Assembly (NCBI GenBank): GCA_951406725.2
Contig: OX597830.1
Span: 47,306,001-47,370,000 of the forward strand
DNA from: Octopus vulgaris
Lineage: Eukaryota
Direction: 5' to 3'
Length of the DNA stretch: 64,000 nucleotides
In this document: in pieces, positions 1-12,998 of the stretch
How positions within the stretch are numbered: position 1 is the first letter of the stretch
Layout of the letters: the number at the start of each line of letters is the position of its first letter
Notes under the pieces: generated by a model
Seen by the model: only the letters and a program-made list of their open reading frames with translations
The model's database searches: none
Told to the model about the DNA's origin: nothing
Position numbers and translations under genes: made by a program

Positions 1-198
1 GGTGGCCTTCTAGCAATTATTGTGGGAGGGTTACTACAGGTGGTGTCAGGTAGTTTTGGTGAGAAATGAAGATTATATTGTTAAAATAAACAACAGATTT
101 GTGTTTGATGTAATGGAAATGCAGGTTTGCTTATTTAAATGGAAGATCAATAAAGTCAACAGAAAATAGAACAAAAATAAACATTTAACGTTAACTGA

Positions 199-210
199 TT
201 AGTGCACAAC
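199..210 (-). CDS. PLCG: Candidate terminal coding exon VVH-stop
   Basis: Strong acceptor tctctcttcctcag, then GTT GTG CAC TAA in phase 0; the true last exon could lie outside the window. Confidence 0.45.
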   Translation of the reverse strand, partial: VVH

Positions 211-545
211 CTGAGGAAGAGAGAAATTAAAAGACAGTGTGTGGGTGTGTATTTATTAAGTAGAAAAAGCCGTCTGCCTGGAACAACATCAACAAAAAAA
301 TACATGTGAGGATGTTTTTCAAAAATTGTCTACATCAATGATGAAGAAAACGGTAAAACTGGTCAAAAGCAGGATCACCCTGAGGAGATATCCTAAGAAC
401 ATTTGCAGAAGGAAGGGTCTTTACTGCATGTTGTTTAGACATTGTCTGTTCACAACAGGTATAGCATAATGATTGAAAGATTGCAAGTGGATTAGGATTA
501 AGCAATGGCTGTTTTTTAACAAACAAAAGCAACAGAAATACTTAC

Positions 546-634
546 TCTTGTGTTCCTTATATCAAAATGGATTAAAAGAGAAGCTAACTCTAATTCTTCC
601 GAATAAGCATTCAATAATGGAACGACTCGATAAC
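546..634 (-). CDS. PLCG: PLC-gamma exon, end of C2: YRVVPLLNAYSEELELASLLIHFDIRNTR
   Basis: ctcag/GTAAG; GYRxVPLxNxYSExLELASLL motif. Confidence 0.95.
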
Positions 635-1540
635 CTGAGGAGGAAACAAAAAGTAGAGAGAATTTGTTAAGAAAATCATAAAAAGGGTTTCTAGAGAATT
701 TGTTTGAGCTTTTAATGTTCTGAGTTCAAATCCCACTGAAACCAAATTCTGGTATTTGAGGGCAGGTGAAGGCTGATGCCACCTCAGATTGATGGGAACC
801 TGCTACTGGTAACCAGGTAATCCAATACCAGCTGTTCATGCTTGAGTGGTCAGCAACTAAACCAGCCCCTACTGGGCTTGCCTTGTGAGAATGGTGTGGG
901 GGACCCCAGGCTGGATTAAAAAAAGATAAAACTTATCAAAGATGAGTGAACTCAATTAAAGAAAAACGGCACCAATATCCTGGAGAGGAATGGGTGCCAC
1001 CAGAATGATTAAACCCAATAAAAGACTTGAATGAGAGTTCCACCAACCTTTGTGTACTGGACTGGTCAAGGCCCAGCTTCATATCAAAAAAAAAAGTCAA
1101 TATCATAAGGAATGGAAATGATTGGTCAAATAAAGTGGGCCAACTGCAGAAATGCTAAGGGAAGGGTTTGACAAATGCCGGGTCTCAATTTCATACACTT
1201 ACTCCACCCTAAAACTGCTGGCCTTGTGCCTATGTAACACATTCTTCTTCTTCGTATCATTAGAATGTCAGATAAAATGCTTAGAGGCATTTCTTCTGAC
1301 TTTTTAAGTTCTGAGTTCAAATTCTGTTGAGGCCAACTTAGTCCATTCATCCATAAGAGGTTGATAAACTAAAATACCAGTTGCATACTGGGGATAATTC
1401 AATTCACTTATCTTGACAACTACCACGGTGCTAGTAGCATTATCTAATAATAGACTTTCATGCAAACATCAAACTGAGACAATAAAAAAAGGACAGGTAA
1501 TGCTTGGAGTGTTTGTGAAATTTAGCATCAGCTTCCTTAC

Positions 1541-1699
1541 CGTATCGTAATGTATGCACAGGGAAACCAGCCTGTCCAAGAAAACTGGGGTCTCCTACCA
1601 TATCTTCCACTTGCACAACGATACGCAATAAGGCCAGATCAGGACATTCGATATCAAAGTGACAGACTTCATTCCAGACTGGATTTAGACCACTGTCCA
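1541..1699 (-). CDS. PLCG: PLC-gamma exon, C2: DSGLNPVWNEVCHFDIECPDLALLRIVVQVEDMVGDPSFLGQAGFPVHTLRY
   Basis: acag/GTAAG; GLNPVW motif. Confidence 0.95.
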
Positions 1700-1834
1700 C
1701 TGTTAAAGAGAAAGCAAAAACAAATGTATATATGTGTGTGTATGTGTGTGTGCTTATATAGTGTTACGCTAAGAAGTGGTTCATGGTACTAGAATTTTTG
1801 ATTTGAGTTACTTATAACAAACTATGCCAAATCA

Positions 1835-2190
1835 GAAGGGTAGAATGGGGTGTAGTAGGAGGGTAGAATGAGTGGGGGGGTAGCAGAAGGGTAGAAGGAT
1901 ATAATGGGAGTAGGAGAAGGGTAGAATAGAGGTGGGGTAGCAGAAAGGTAGAGGGATAGAATAGGGGGTAGCAGAAGGGTAGAATGGCAGGGGGTAGTAG
2001 AAGGTTAGAGGGATAGAATGGGAGGTAGCAGAAGGTTAGAGGGATAGAATAGGGGGTAGCAGAAGGGTAGAATAGGGGGGGGGTAGCAGAAAGGTAGAGG
2101 GATAGAATGGGGGTAGCAGGAGGGTAGAATGGGGTGTAGCAGAAAGGTAGGGGAATAGCTAAAAAGAAGGAGAGGAGAGTAGGGGGTTGT
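1835..2190 (+). repeat. Purine/G-rich degenerate minisatellite (gtagcagaagggtagaat..gggg)
   Basis: Repeated ~20-40 nt purine units visible directly. Confidence 0.8.
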
Positions 2191-2694
2191 AAAATAATAT
2201 AAGGTGCCAAGTGAAAACAAAGAACAATTCAGAAATAAATTTAGTGAAAAACAACAAAATATAGCAAGATCATATCTGAACAAGACACTGAGCTGTCAAC
2301 CTGGTGCTAATCCACCTCTCTACATAACCCCCCACCCCACCTATTTTCCTCATTATATTGGTTCTGTGGCACAAAAGATACTTATTATATTTATTATTCT
2401 TTTTGTTTGTTTTCACTTTTTTTAAATCGTTCGACCTTTCAACTTTGGATTAATCCTGAATTGTGTCGTAGTTTACAGATTTCAATGATGTGCCTGCTTA
2501 GTTTTAGAATGGCATTGTAGGGTTGGTGTGAGAGGCCAGAACTGGCCAGTTTCAACATGAGACAGGTCAAATATTTTGGCCGGATGTGTCCAAAGGGTCA
2601 AATGCAAACAACTGCCTATACGCCACCACCCACCCCTGCCTCCAATCAGAGAAGTATCTCTTTCTTCTTAAAAGACTTCTAGAAACATCTTTAC

Positions 2695-2809
2695 CTTTCG
2701 TACTTGAATGCCATTTATGGGTGTCACAATCAAGGCCGCAGACCTCAACTTCAACAAGAGGACTGGCAATGCCTCGACCTTGCTTTACTAAATGCCTGGC
2801 ACCAATTAT
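2695..2809 (-). CDS. PLCG: PLC-gamma exon, C2: IIGARHLVKQGRGIASPLVEVEVCGLDCDTHKWHSSTK
   Basis: ttcag/GTAAAG; GARHL and GRGI motifs. Confidence 0.95.
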
Positions 2810-4296
2810 CTGAATAAAAAAGAAAGAAAAAAAAAGGAAATAAAAGGCAAAGAATATTCTACATTTATTGGGTTTTTTTTTTTAATTTTAATTTAGAAAT
2901 TGTGAAAATCTATGAAAAAATATTGCAGAAAAGCTATAAAGAAATTGCAAATAAATATTTGGTTGAGAAACCGTTTGAAGAGAGGAAGTTAAAACATGTC
3001 CATGTGACCCAAAACAGATATCCCCCTGCAAACAAGACAGGTATTCCTTGCATTTTTATTAAGAAAACAACATTGTGTTCATAAGACTGCTGGAAATGTG
3101 AATATAAACTAAAAAAATGACCAAAAGTTTATAAAAATGGAATAAATCCTTTTGCCAAAGAAAAGAAGAAATCTAATGTTTTGGACAAAACCCTTAATTT
3201 GATGAAGGCTGGCCCCTTCCTCATGGCAAAATAATTTATTTTACTTGGACAGGTTTCTGGATTTGCTATTTAATGATGCAGGCCATCACTGGTTTTCTGG
3301 AACTCTGGTGTTTCCCTTAAAAACTAGGATGACCCCAGTGGAATTTAAAAAGGGGCTGTGTAATGTCCCACACAAACACAAATATGTCCTGCGTCCTTTA
3401 ATAGGAAAATGGTTACACTTTGTCTTTATATATATCAAAAGTAAACAAGCATTGTAGAATCCAATTCTATTTCGGATACTATGACCAGAAAGAATAAGGA
3501 CCAAGTGGAGTGAAGGAAAAAATGGTTCAATTAGAATTAGGAAATGGTTCCAACCACTATTTTATAGAACTCTCATATCAGTAAACAACTGAAATAGGGG
3601 ATAAGATTGGAGAGATAAAGTTCAAGACATGGGGAAGGTATTTGGGAAACCATTGCAGTGTTGCAGGAACATTCAAATATTCATGGAGAAATCAAGTAGA
3701 ATTGATTTCTTGCAAAGACCAAGACCTTTGGCATTAATGTTGTGTTTGAGAAAAAGACCCATAGGGCAAAGTTGTGGCAGATACCGGTGTCATGCAAATT
3801 AGCATGTAAACACACCCCAATGTCATGCAAATGGCACCTGTACCTGTGGCACGTAACAAGCACCCATTACACTCTCGGAGTGGTTGACGTTAGGAAGGGC
3901 ATCCAGCCGTAGAAACCATGCCAAATCAGAGTGGAGCCTGCCAGCTCAGTCAAACCATCCAACCCATACCAGCATGGACAACGGACGTTAAATGATGATG
4001 ATGAACTAGCTTCTGGTGACAAAGTAGAAAGCCAACTATTTAGAGAAGTAGCAGAGTCGTAGGACTTGACCAAAGTATAACTGGTATCTACTTTTTTCTT
4101 TTTATCTTAATGACTTAGCAGGGATTTCCAATAAAATCTGGACTTGGAACATTAAACTAACAAAATGGATATTGTCAAAGATCCAGCTTCACATTCTTCT
4201 GTCTTAATTATTCAATCATAAAATTGTAAAGATAATTGATAATTAACAGTTTAATTATAACGAAAACAGTAAGACTGAGAAAGACCATCAACTTAC

Positions 4297-4399
4297 GGTC
4301 ATTGTTAACATCATTGGCTCAATTCCTTTCATTGTGTGGACACTGAAAGGGTCGTAGTCCTCGGCCCTCATGCATTCCGGTTGCAATATATAACCACAT
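4297..4399 (-). CDS. PLCG: PLC-gamma exon, end of Y box: CGYILQPECMRAEDYDPFSVHTMKGIEPMMLTMT
   Basis: ttcag/GTAAGT; CGYxLQP and DPF motifs. Confidence 0.95.
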
Positions 4400-5689
4400 C
4401 TGAAAAACAAAAAACCATTTTGTAAACATAACAAGCAATCAGTGGAAACAAACGATAGCTTAACCTCATATACAGACATTGTTACAAGGGGTACTGGTAC
4501 CACGTAAAAAGCACCTGTACCACATAAGAAGCATCTACGTTGACACCACATAAAAGGCACCCAATATACACTCTTTGAAGTGGTTGGCATTAAGAAAGGC
4601 ATCCAGCCGTAGAAACCATGCCAGAACAGACCACTGGAGCTTGGTGCAGCTCTCTGGCTTGCCAGTTCCTGGACAAATTGTCCGATCCATGCCAGCATGG
4701 AAAACAGACGTTAAATGATGATTATGAGACACAATGTAGTTAAGATACTGGATTTGCTCTCATATGCTACGACAGGAGATAGGAAGTGCAAGATTGAAGA
4801 TCTTTAAGAGTATACATCAGAAAACAGTGTCGTGTCTACAAGATGTTAATGTAAGAAGTAGATGGGACGTGGAGCATGTAAGAGAGCAATTTTGTGAGAC
4901 GTTGTTCACACTTCCCTTTGTCAAATACTCTGTGGCTGTACAAAAAGTTAATAGCATTGTTGACGTGTTGTAACACGGGGACAGGAAGCTCAAAAAATTT
5001 CAGTGATTAAGTGCAATTCAAAAATTACAGTCAATGAAATGAGTACATATTTATTATTATTATAAAATATAGTTAAAGGCATTACGGCGTCAAAGATCCA
5101 TCTTAAATGGAAACTATTAAATTCACGTTTCATTTATTTCATGAACGGTCAAAATCTTCATGAAATAAATGGGGGGAGGGGAGCAATGAGCATCGTTTGG
5201 CTGAACTAACGGACATTTACTATATTATTGTTGAGATTTTAAAAACTTTACGACGGCTGGATGGTTGTTAAATGTACAAATGAAATAACTTCGTCAAAAA
5301 AAAAAAAGTTACATATAAAGGGAGACAACTACGATCAGCAGTAGCTTCTTCACTATTTATTAATTGCAAAACATTTAATGTTTAAAACCAAAACATATTT
5401 AAGGGCGAAATGATGTAAGTTATTGTTTAAATAATGGTGAGGAATATGGTCGGAGTTGTCTTCCAGACTTGAAAAAAGAGTGCCAAAAGTATCTCAGTTC
5501 TACTATTGTTATCTTTTTTTGTCTCTCACTGCAATCCATGGACATACGTTTAGGAAGTTTAGTGTCAAGTTATTGAGAATAATGAACAAAAAAACACAAG
5601 TGCAAAAAAACAAATGCACAAATCAATAATTAATTGTATTTAAAGAAAATATTCAGATTTCAGAATATTGGTTAAAGGGAAAATGCTAA

Positions 5690-6067
5690 CTGACTTGGCA
5701 GACACCCATAAAATAATCAACCATCGTACAAACAATAACTCTGAGCACCTATTCAAACTCCACCCATCTAACACCCGTGGACATATTTACAAAGTCAGAA
5801 AACAGCACAGCTCCCATGACTAGAGGAAACATTTTTTCACGCTGAGAGTTGCTGAAGCATGGAACAAACTGCCGGCATCAGTTTCTGAGATTCGCCAACA
5901 CTACACCTGATTTTCTCCCCTCCATACACACACAGGCATGTATCTGACTCATACATTGTTCGCTTTCCAGACATTTTTACATTACTGCATGTACTTTATA
6001 TGCACTTTCTGACAAGTTGTGGTGCACCTGAGCACTGTATACAATAATTTCATTATTATTATTATTA
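5690..6067 (+). mobile_element. CR1/L2-group LINE 3' fragment
   Basis: Translates NTRGHIYKV...HFFTLRVAEAWNKLP with an internal stop; (ATT)n tail. Confidence 0.75.
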
Positions 6068-6484
6068 TAAATAGATACATCTTAATTAAAATATTCAGTT
6101 TTTTAAAATCAAAATATGGTGCACTGTCATCTCACATTATGAGCAAATGCACGTGTGTGTGAGTAAGGGAGAGAGAAAGAGGGAGAGAGAGGAAGGGAGG
6201 GGGAGAGAAAGAGGAAAGGAGGAAGAGAGAGAGAGAGAGAGATATGTTAACAGCTTTAAAAAGGGAGTTATTTTTAAATCCGGTCCACACTCAAACCTGA
6301 TATGTCTACTGAATCAGGGGTCGGAGCCATTGAGGATTAAGGACTCTTGTCCCACAGATACATTACAGCACTCGCGGAAGGATTTTGAACTTGCAGCCAT
6401 TGGCTGCTGCACCAACCACCTTATCAACTTGGCTACGAACATCAGCAAAGTACAAAAGAATGTGCAAAATGTAACACAACTTAC

Positions 6485-6655
6485 TGGCCGTTCATGGCAA
6501 ACCGGCTGTGATGTAAATGCATGCTTCGGTCTCCAGTTTGATAATTTAGGGCAAGCATTTGGGACCCACAGCACCACATTGGAACAGGATAGAAATTGGA
6601 GGAGTCAACCCGGTGCCGTCCTGGATAGATTCGGCTAAGTTGGTTTCTGTTATAT
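6485..6655 (-). CDS. PLCG: PLC-gamma exon, Y box: YNRNQLSRIYPGRHRVDSSNFYPVPMWCCGSQMLALNYQTGDRSMHLHHSRFAMNG
   Basis: AC acceptor, GTAAG donor; SRIYP, DSSN and ALNYQT motifs. Confidence 0.96.
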
Positions 6656-7106
6656 GTGAACAAGGAGTCAAGGAAATTTAATCAGAAGGGAACATATTGT
6701 AACTTCGTAACCAAAACAGACACAGATTTTTTTTTAAATGGAAAATTACTAAAATGGAGCTTTGTTTTAAAGGGTTTAATTGAACAAATGTAGCTATTCA
6801 GTGGGTCTCTTTTGCCAAACCACTAAGTTATGGGAACATAAATAAACCAACACCTGTTGTCAAGTGCTAGGAGTGATAAATACAAAGACGCACACATAGA
6901 ATGAGCTTCCACACAATTTCTGTCAACCAAATTCACTCCCAAGGCACTGGTTGGCCTGGGGTTAAATCAGAAGGCACTTGTCCAAGGTGCCACACAGTGA
7001 GACTAAATCAGGAACCACAACATTGGCAAAACAGGCTTTTTAACCACAAAGCCACCAATACCTACATAAGTAACATGTGTATATGTGCATGCATATATAT
7101 ATATAT

Positions 7107-7600
7107 AGTTCTATATTTGAGAGATGAGGAATTATGTAGATTATTTAAATTTGATGGATATTTGTCCTCATCTTGTTTGTTGTTAATACAATCTTTCAGC
7201 TTTCATCAGGTGTTTTGGGGAAATTTCGAACCTGGATTCTCATTCCTAAGGTATTTTTCAATGTTATTATTATTATTATCATTTTTATTATTACTCAGGT
7301 CACTGCCTAGAACCGAACTCGGGGGCATATGGCATAGTGGTTAAGAGCGTGGGCTACTAACCCCAAGATTCCAAGTTTGATTCCAAGCAGTACATCTAAA
7401 TAATAATAATAATAATAACAACAACAACATCGAAAAATACCTTAGGAATGAGAACCCAGGTTCGAAATTTCCCCAAGACACCTGATGAAGGCTGGAGGGT
7501 ATATCAGCTGAAACATTGTGTTAACAACAAACAAGATGAGGACAAATATCCATCAAATGTAAATAATGTACATAATTTCTCATCTGTTATATATAGAACT
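7107..7600. mobile_element. Inverted-repeat element with central tRNA-like head and hammerhead-like motif (Penelope/SINE-like)
   Basis: Arms ~7107-7270 and ~7430-7600 are reverse complements; A/B-box-like sequence at 7321-7385; related copy at 31370-31520. Confidence 0.6.
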
Positions 7601-8079
7601 GTGTTGTCGATAATATCGAATGGAAATAGGGGGTGCTCCAGTTCTGCAGCACTTATATACAAACTGCCTCTGTACATACTTAAGTAGATGCATCTAGGCA
7701 TAAGCTTGGAATATATGTTAAGAAGTTTTCTTGGGTCAAGCATCTTTCATGGCAGCCTTGAATTAAAGTTCTGGGGGTGAAATCTCCCTCAGAATGACCA
7801 TTCCTGTTGGTGGTAGACTTATTGCCTGATTTAGCACCACTATCAACCTTTAAACACAGGACATAGTCCTGCAAGGATTCAGGTGAGGACGGCAGTTTGA
7901 GGATTACTCACCCCCCCCCCCACTCCCATCATATTGAAGGTTCTGAAAATAAGGATAATGTCCCACTCTATGTTGAGTTTCAAAAACAAAAACAGAAAAA
8001 TTCCCAAAACAAAACAAAATATGAAAACTAAACTATAAATAGACAAAATTTCTGATGGAACAAAATGATTCTTATTTTG

Positions 8080-8235
8080 ATAGAGATGACAATGAGGAAG
8101 AGGATGAAGATGCTGAAGAGGATGACGATGACAACAAGGATGATGATGACAACGATGAAGGGGATGACAATGAGGAAGATAACGAAGAGGATGATGATGA
8201 CGAAGGATATGACGATAATGAAGAGGATGACGATT
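8080..8235 (+). repeat. Degenerate GAN trinucleotide repeat
   Basis: GAT/GAC/GAA/GAG run adjacent to the U12 donor. Confidence 0.8.
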
Positions 8236-8251
8236 TCATAGTAAAGGATAT

Positions 8252-8339
8252 TTGGCAAATAATTTTGCTTCTTTCTTGGTTGTCATCTTCTCAGCTTTTG
8301 TTTCCGGCAGGGAAGACATTTCATAGTAATTACCAAATT
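8252..8339 (-). CDS. PLCG: PLC-gamma exon, Y box: FGNYYEMSSLPETKAEKMTTKKEAKLFA(K)
   Basis: ttcag acceptor; ends at U12 donor ATATCCTTT; MSSxPETKAEK motif. Confidence 0.93.
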
Positions 8340-8696
8340 CTGAAGGAAAACAGAAATAAAATGAACAAACAAAAACAGTTTTCAGAATCCTGCCTGCTTC
8401 AGTCAAAGATATACAAAATTATAAATGAGGGAAGAATTTTTTTTCAAATCAACAGACTTTCATTATAAGATCTTTTTACAACCACTACAAGGTCTCACTA
8501 AGAGACACTGCATCATCATTCAGTCGGTTCTCATGTTCTCTCGCAGACTATCCACCCATGCCCAACCCCATAACACTCAAGTCTCAACCTGATCACACTT
8601 ATTCAGTGTCTTACTGCTCAGCTGATCATTTTGTCTTATCCTTCCACCCCAAAATGACAATCCTCTGAAACTCCTTCCATAAATCTGATCAAATTC

Positions 8697-9045
8697 TTAC
8701 TGACATGCTACATCATAAGCGGAAAGTGTAACCTCTCGAAAGAGCTGTTCTTCACTCCTGCTCCAGAGCGTCGGCTGCGGGGTCATTCCGAAAAGCTCTA
8801 TCTGCGACGATTTCGTCTCAATAGAAGGAGAGGGGCTTTCTCCGTCCGGGTTGCGGGTCCGTGGAATAAGCTGCCAGACGAGATGGTGAAGATGCTGACA
8901 ACTGCCCGGTTCAAAGTCTCCCTTGACCACAAGTGGCCTGAACTCTTTACATGAACACCACCCTGTACATAACTCCATGTCCCCCTACATGGCCTTGCTT
9001 CTTGCATTTTGAGCCAAAAAATTAACTAACTAACTAACTAACTAA
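8697..9045 (+). mobile_element. CR1-type LINE 3' fragment
   Basis: RGHSEKL...FSVRVAGPWNKLPDEMV...FKVSLD; (TAAC)n tail. Confidence 0.75.
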
Positions 9046-9464
9046 CCTTCTTCATAAAACCATTCACAAAAAAAAACAATGGTCTGTAAACTCAAATGTT
9101 ATGCCACTGGGATGGTAGGAATGATACTGCAATCATATCTATAGAGACATTGATGGGTTACATCAATGTTGTTGTTGATATTGCTATTTCTTGGAATGAA
9201 TCAAACTCTGAAAAATTTTATGAACAGCTGGAATGGTAATATTATGGTATTATAGATGTGGCCCAAAATTACCTTCATTCTTTGTGATCGACAATGGAAG
9301 AAACTTTATTCATGAGTGAAGGAAGGGCTGTGTTGTTCAAACACAAGTTCTCTTCACAACCAGCTAACTTCAGGTTTGATTCCACTCTGGGGTAACTTGG
9401 ATCAAGTGTCTTTCACTTTCGGTTTGGACATTGCCCTGCGAGTGAAATGCAGCAGAAACCTACT

Positions 9465-9500
<36 letters not shown>

Positions 9501-9843
9501 ATGTATTCTGATGTAATTTGATGTACATAACACCTAGTCATATTTAAATCAGTAAAGAGAAGTTAACTCTAATGGGACATAATTCAGGTGAACTTAGCTA
9601 CTCAATAAATAAAACCATTAACAGCAGTGCTGCTCCAGTATGGCTGTAGTTAAATGACTAAAACAAATGACAGAATAAACAAGTGCAGGACGAAAAGCAA
9701 AGTCGACCTTGGTGGAATTTGAACTCAAAACACCAAGACAGATGGAATGCTGCTAAGCATTTTACCCAATATGCTAACGATTCTGCCAGCTCACTACCTT
9801 AACTAATAATAATAATAATAATGATGATAATAACAATACTGAC

Positions 9844-9931
9844 TGTAAGGAACAGCTTGACAGTAGACAATGAGGTCAGAAAATTCCTGAGCAATATGTT
9901 TGGTTCGTTCTAATTGCAATCCATGATTTAC
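9844..9931 (-). CDS. PLCG: PLC-gamma exon, start of Y box: VNHGLQLERTKHIAQEFSDLIVYCQAVPY
   Basis: acag/GTCAGT; IAxExSxLxVYC motif. Confidence 0.92.
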
Positions 9932-10308
9932 CTGTGAAGTAAAATATAAAGTATTAGTAAAAAAAGTATCAAATTCCTCACAAATAGTTAATAAAACACA
10001 GCAGACATGGAAAAATTGTATAGATTGCTAACTATGCGATGACTTGTAGTTGGAAGTGAATGTGTTAAGCAGAGGGAGAGACAAAGACACACCCACCCCA
10101 ATTAATCACAAGCCTAGATACGCAAACAGCTTGCAGGAACTGCAGCTCTGTGCCTGTCCAAGAGATTGATATTCATTGGAATCCAAGGAGTAAATGTAAA
10201 TTCTAAATGTGAGGCTGAATAGTTTGGGAAATTGCATTCTTCTTACCAGAATCAAGATTAAACAATGTATAAAAGATAGAAGAGAGGCAAGAACAACACT
10301 CGACCTAC

Positions 10309-10457
10309 CCGTTCATTGGCAGAAGCAATGCACTTGCTGATGGCACTGAACCATTCCACAAAGTCATTTGAAGTTTCACAACCAATTTCTAGTGGACTGT
10401 TCTGGTAGCAATTATAAATTCTAAAGACAAACAGGTTGGTAGGACCGGTCACGTTCT
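10309..10457 (-). CDS. PLCG: PLC-gamma exon, split PH C-half: NVTGPTNLFVFRIY...FVEWFSAISKCIASANER
   Basis: acag/GTAGGT, phase 1-0; PH C-terminal helix Trp. Confidence 0.9.
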
Positions 10458-12852
10458 CTGTGAAGAAATACAAACAGAAACACAAAATTTCAGGCTAAAA
10501 AAAATAACAATTTAAATACAGTGTTGTCGTTCTTGTTGATGATACTTGAAGTCAGAACATAAGGGGGTATATTTAAAGACTCCAAGACCCTAACACCAAG
10601 CAACCAATTTTCCTTTGAATTACCATTTTAGATAAGGACATAAGCAAATAAGGGAGCTTCTCAACTGGCTTGATAGAAATAGCAGCCAAATTTTCTTAGT
10701 GTCATAAAGAAGGAAGGTCATGGAGCAATGAGAAAGCTTTTAATACTGCTATTTGACTGACTAGAAAAGGCAGTCAAAACACTCTCACATTAAATTCTAG
10801 TGTCGTGAAAATGAAAACAATATTTCATAAATGGATGAAGTGGTGGTGGTGGCAGTTGTTTGTTTGATTGATCCAATGAAACTAAAATTCGATTGATTTT
10901 TGTCAGTTGCAATTTCTGATATAAGTCTCATTGTTCATTTGACAGGAGGTGTGATTTGAACTCAGAACGCAAAGACCCACAACAAGGTATCTTGTCTGAT
11001 ATTCTAACAGTTCTGCCAATACCACAACTCGTACTTTATTTACTGACCCCAAAAGGACGAAAGCTGAAGTTGACCCCAGCAGAATTTGAACTCAGAGTGT
11101 AAAAGGTCACAACAGACTGCACAAAGCTTTCCATATGATGCTCCACTGACTCTGCCAGTTCATTACAAGTAGATAGTGAAGGCATGTGGCTTAGTGGTTA
11201 GGCTGCTGCACTCGTGATTGCAAGATCACGGTTTCAAATCCTGGATTGGGTTCTTCAGCAAAATACTTCATTTCTCATTTGTCCCAGTTTACTCAGATGT
11301 AAATGAAGGGAAGTTAACCCTGAAATGGACTGGCATCCCATTCAGGTGGGAGAGTGTGTTGTAATCTCATTCACTTCCATGCCATGGAAACCAGGTTAAT
11401 CTCCAGCATTATGAGCCCTAGGAGTCACAGCAGACTCCTATGATAAGTAGATCATGATATCCAGACTATTGGATGTTGTCATACATCACTGGTCACAATG
11501 CGCTTTGCATTGTTTTTTAGCTTTTGAATGATGCCATCCTGCTGGCTAGGTGAGCAGGCCAACATTCTCCAGCTGATTGGAAAGCTGGTCTGTTGCAAGG
11601 TGATCCATTGACAGCCAAGTGGACTGAGCAATGTGAAATGAAGTGTTTCACTCAAGGACACAATGTGCTGCTCAGCCTGGGAGTCGAACCCATGTTCTAG
11701 TGATCACTAGTACAACTACATCATGGGTCTTCACATTAGAAGTAGGTAAGTATATGAAATCAGATGTCTTCTGGCTCATCGATATATCATACGATGGTGC
11801 AGGATGTAAATTCGGGACACATAAGTCAAAACTAGAATATCTATTTCGCCAATCTCTAACTAATATTTGAAAGAATTACTTTTAACTGTTCTTAGGATTG
11901 GACCTATTTGATTTCATTAATGTCTTTGGCAAAGATTCCAGAACAGTGAGTTGGCAATGTTTAATGTTTGGCAAAATAGTGATATCTTGCAGTAAGGAGT
12001 TTAATTTGTTCCATGATCAAGCTCGTTTTATATTTGTCGTTTTAATCAATTTTCCCCATTGAAATGAATTAAAATATAATTAATCTGTTCCAGCCCCTAA
12101 AAAAGCCCACCACAAAACCATTTTTTATGGGTTTTAAAACTGAAAAGGTGTAGTTATGTGCTCATACAACTACACGCATTGCTCTCTCATGTTTATCAAC
12201 GATTTCCTTCTTCAGTTCTATCGTAATCAGCTTTTTCTTCTTCTCACCATTGTCCTTTGCATTAACCTTCTTAGGACCCTTGGCTAACACAACTAATTAT
12301 CATAAAATAACAGCAAAAAACACACAAAACTAAAAAAAGTAAAACCACTGGGAAAAAACACAATAGAGATGCGGTTACAATGAGATAAACAGATGAACTG
12401 AGTGAGTGGAGGCTGTGCTCGTTGGGGGAGTGTGTGTGAGTCCAGCACCGACGAGCAATCGCTTGTATGGAACTCACTCATGCTGCGGATTTCTATTTGT
12501 ACTTTAAGACAAAAATTCACAGGGGTCTCCGCTTGTACAGCAAATTACTCGTACAATGGTGCACTCATGCTGCAAGGCTCCACAATACCTTCTGAATGTT
12601 TGATTATGTCCTTTAATGTTTTAAGTTCAAATCCTACACATGCCAACACTATCTTTATTCCTTATAAGTCCAATGAAACCAGCACCAGACAAAGCAGTGG
12701 TCCCAACATAATCTGCTTATTTTGAAGGTTATGCCCCCAACATGACCGCAGTTCAAGAAGTTAAAACAAAACAAACAAAAAAAGAATTCTAATGCATTTT
12801 CAAGAGTGCTTTCCTGTCTTTGAAGAAAGAAAGGGATAATGAGAGGCCTTAC

Positions 12853-12998
12853 CTATAATACTGTTCTTTAAATCTATGGATCCTTTCTGTAAAGAACCGA
12901 GATCAGAAGTGTCCCCTGTATCATCAGAACCATCAATTTCTTCAACATAATTGGCAGGGAACCAATGCTGTTTGTCAGTGCCATAATCTCCTCGCCAC
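12853..12998 (-). CDS. PLCG: PLC-gamma exon, SH3 end and split PH C-half: WRGDYGTDKQHWFPANYVEEI...LGSLQKGSIDL
   Basis: ttcag/GTAAG; WRGDYG and WFPxNYV motifs. Confidence 0.95.

Larger units (their letters stand above)
6656..8251 (-). other. U12-type (minor spliceosome) AT-AC intron
   Basis: 5' ATATCCTTTAC at 8251; branch TTCCTTGAC at 6675-6667; 3' end TCAC at 6656; splicing gives the frame ...FAK-YNRNQLSRIYP. Confidence 0.92.

Noticed and set aside
8055-8468. Acidic D/E-rich plus-strand ORF
   Set aside because: Triplet low-complexity sequence antisense to a PLC exon and the U12 donor; no supporting gene structure.
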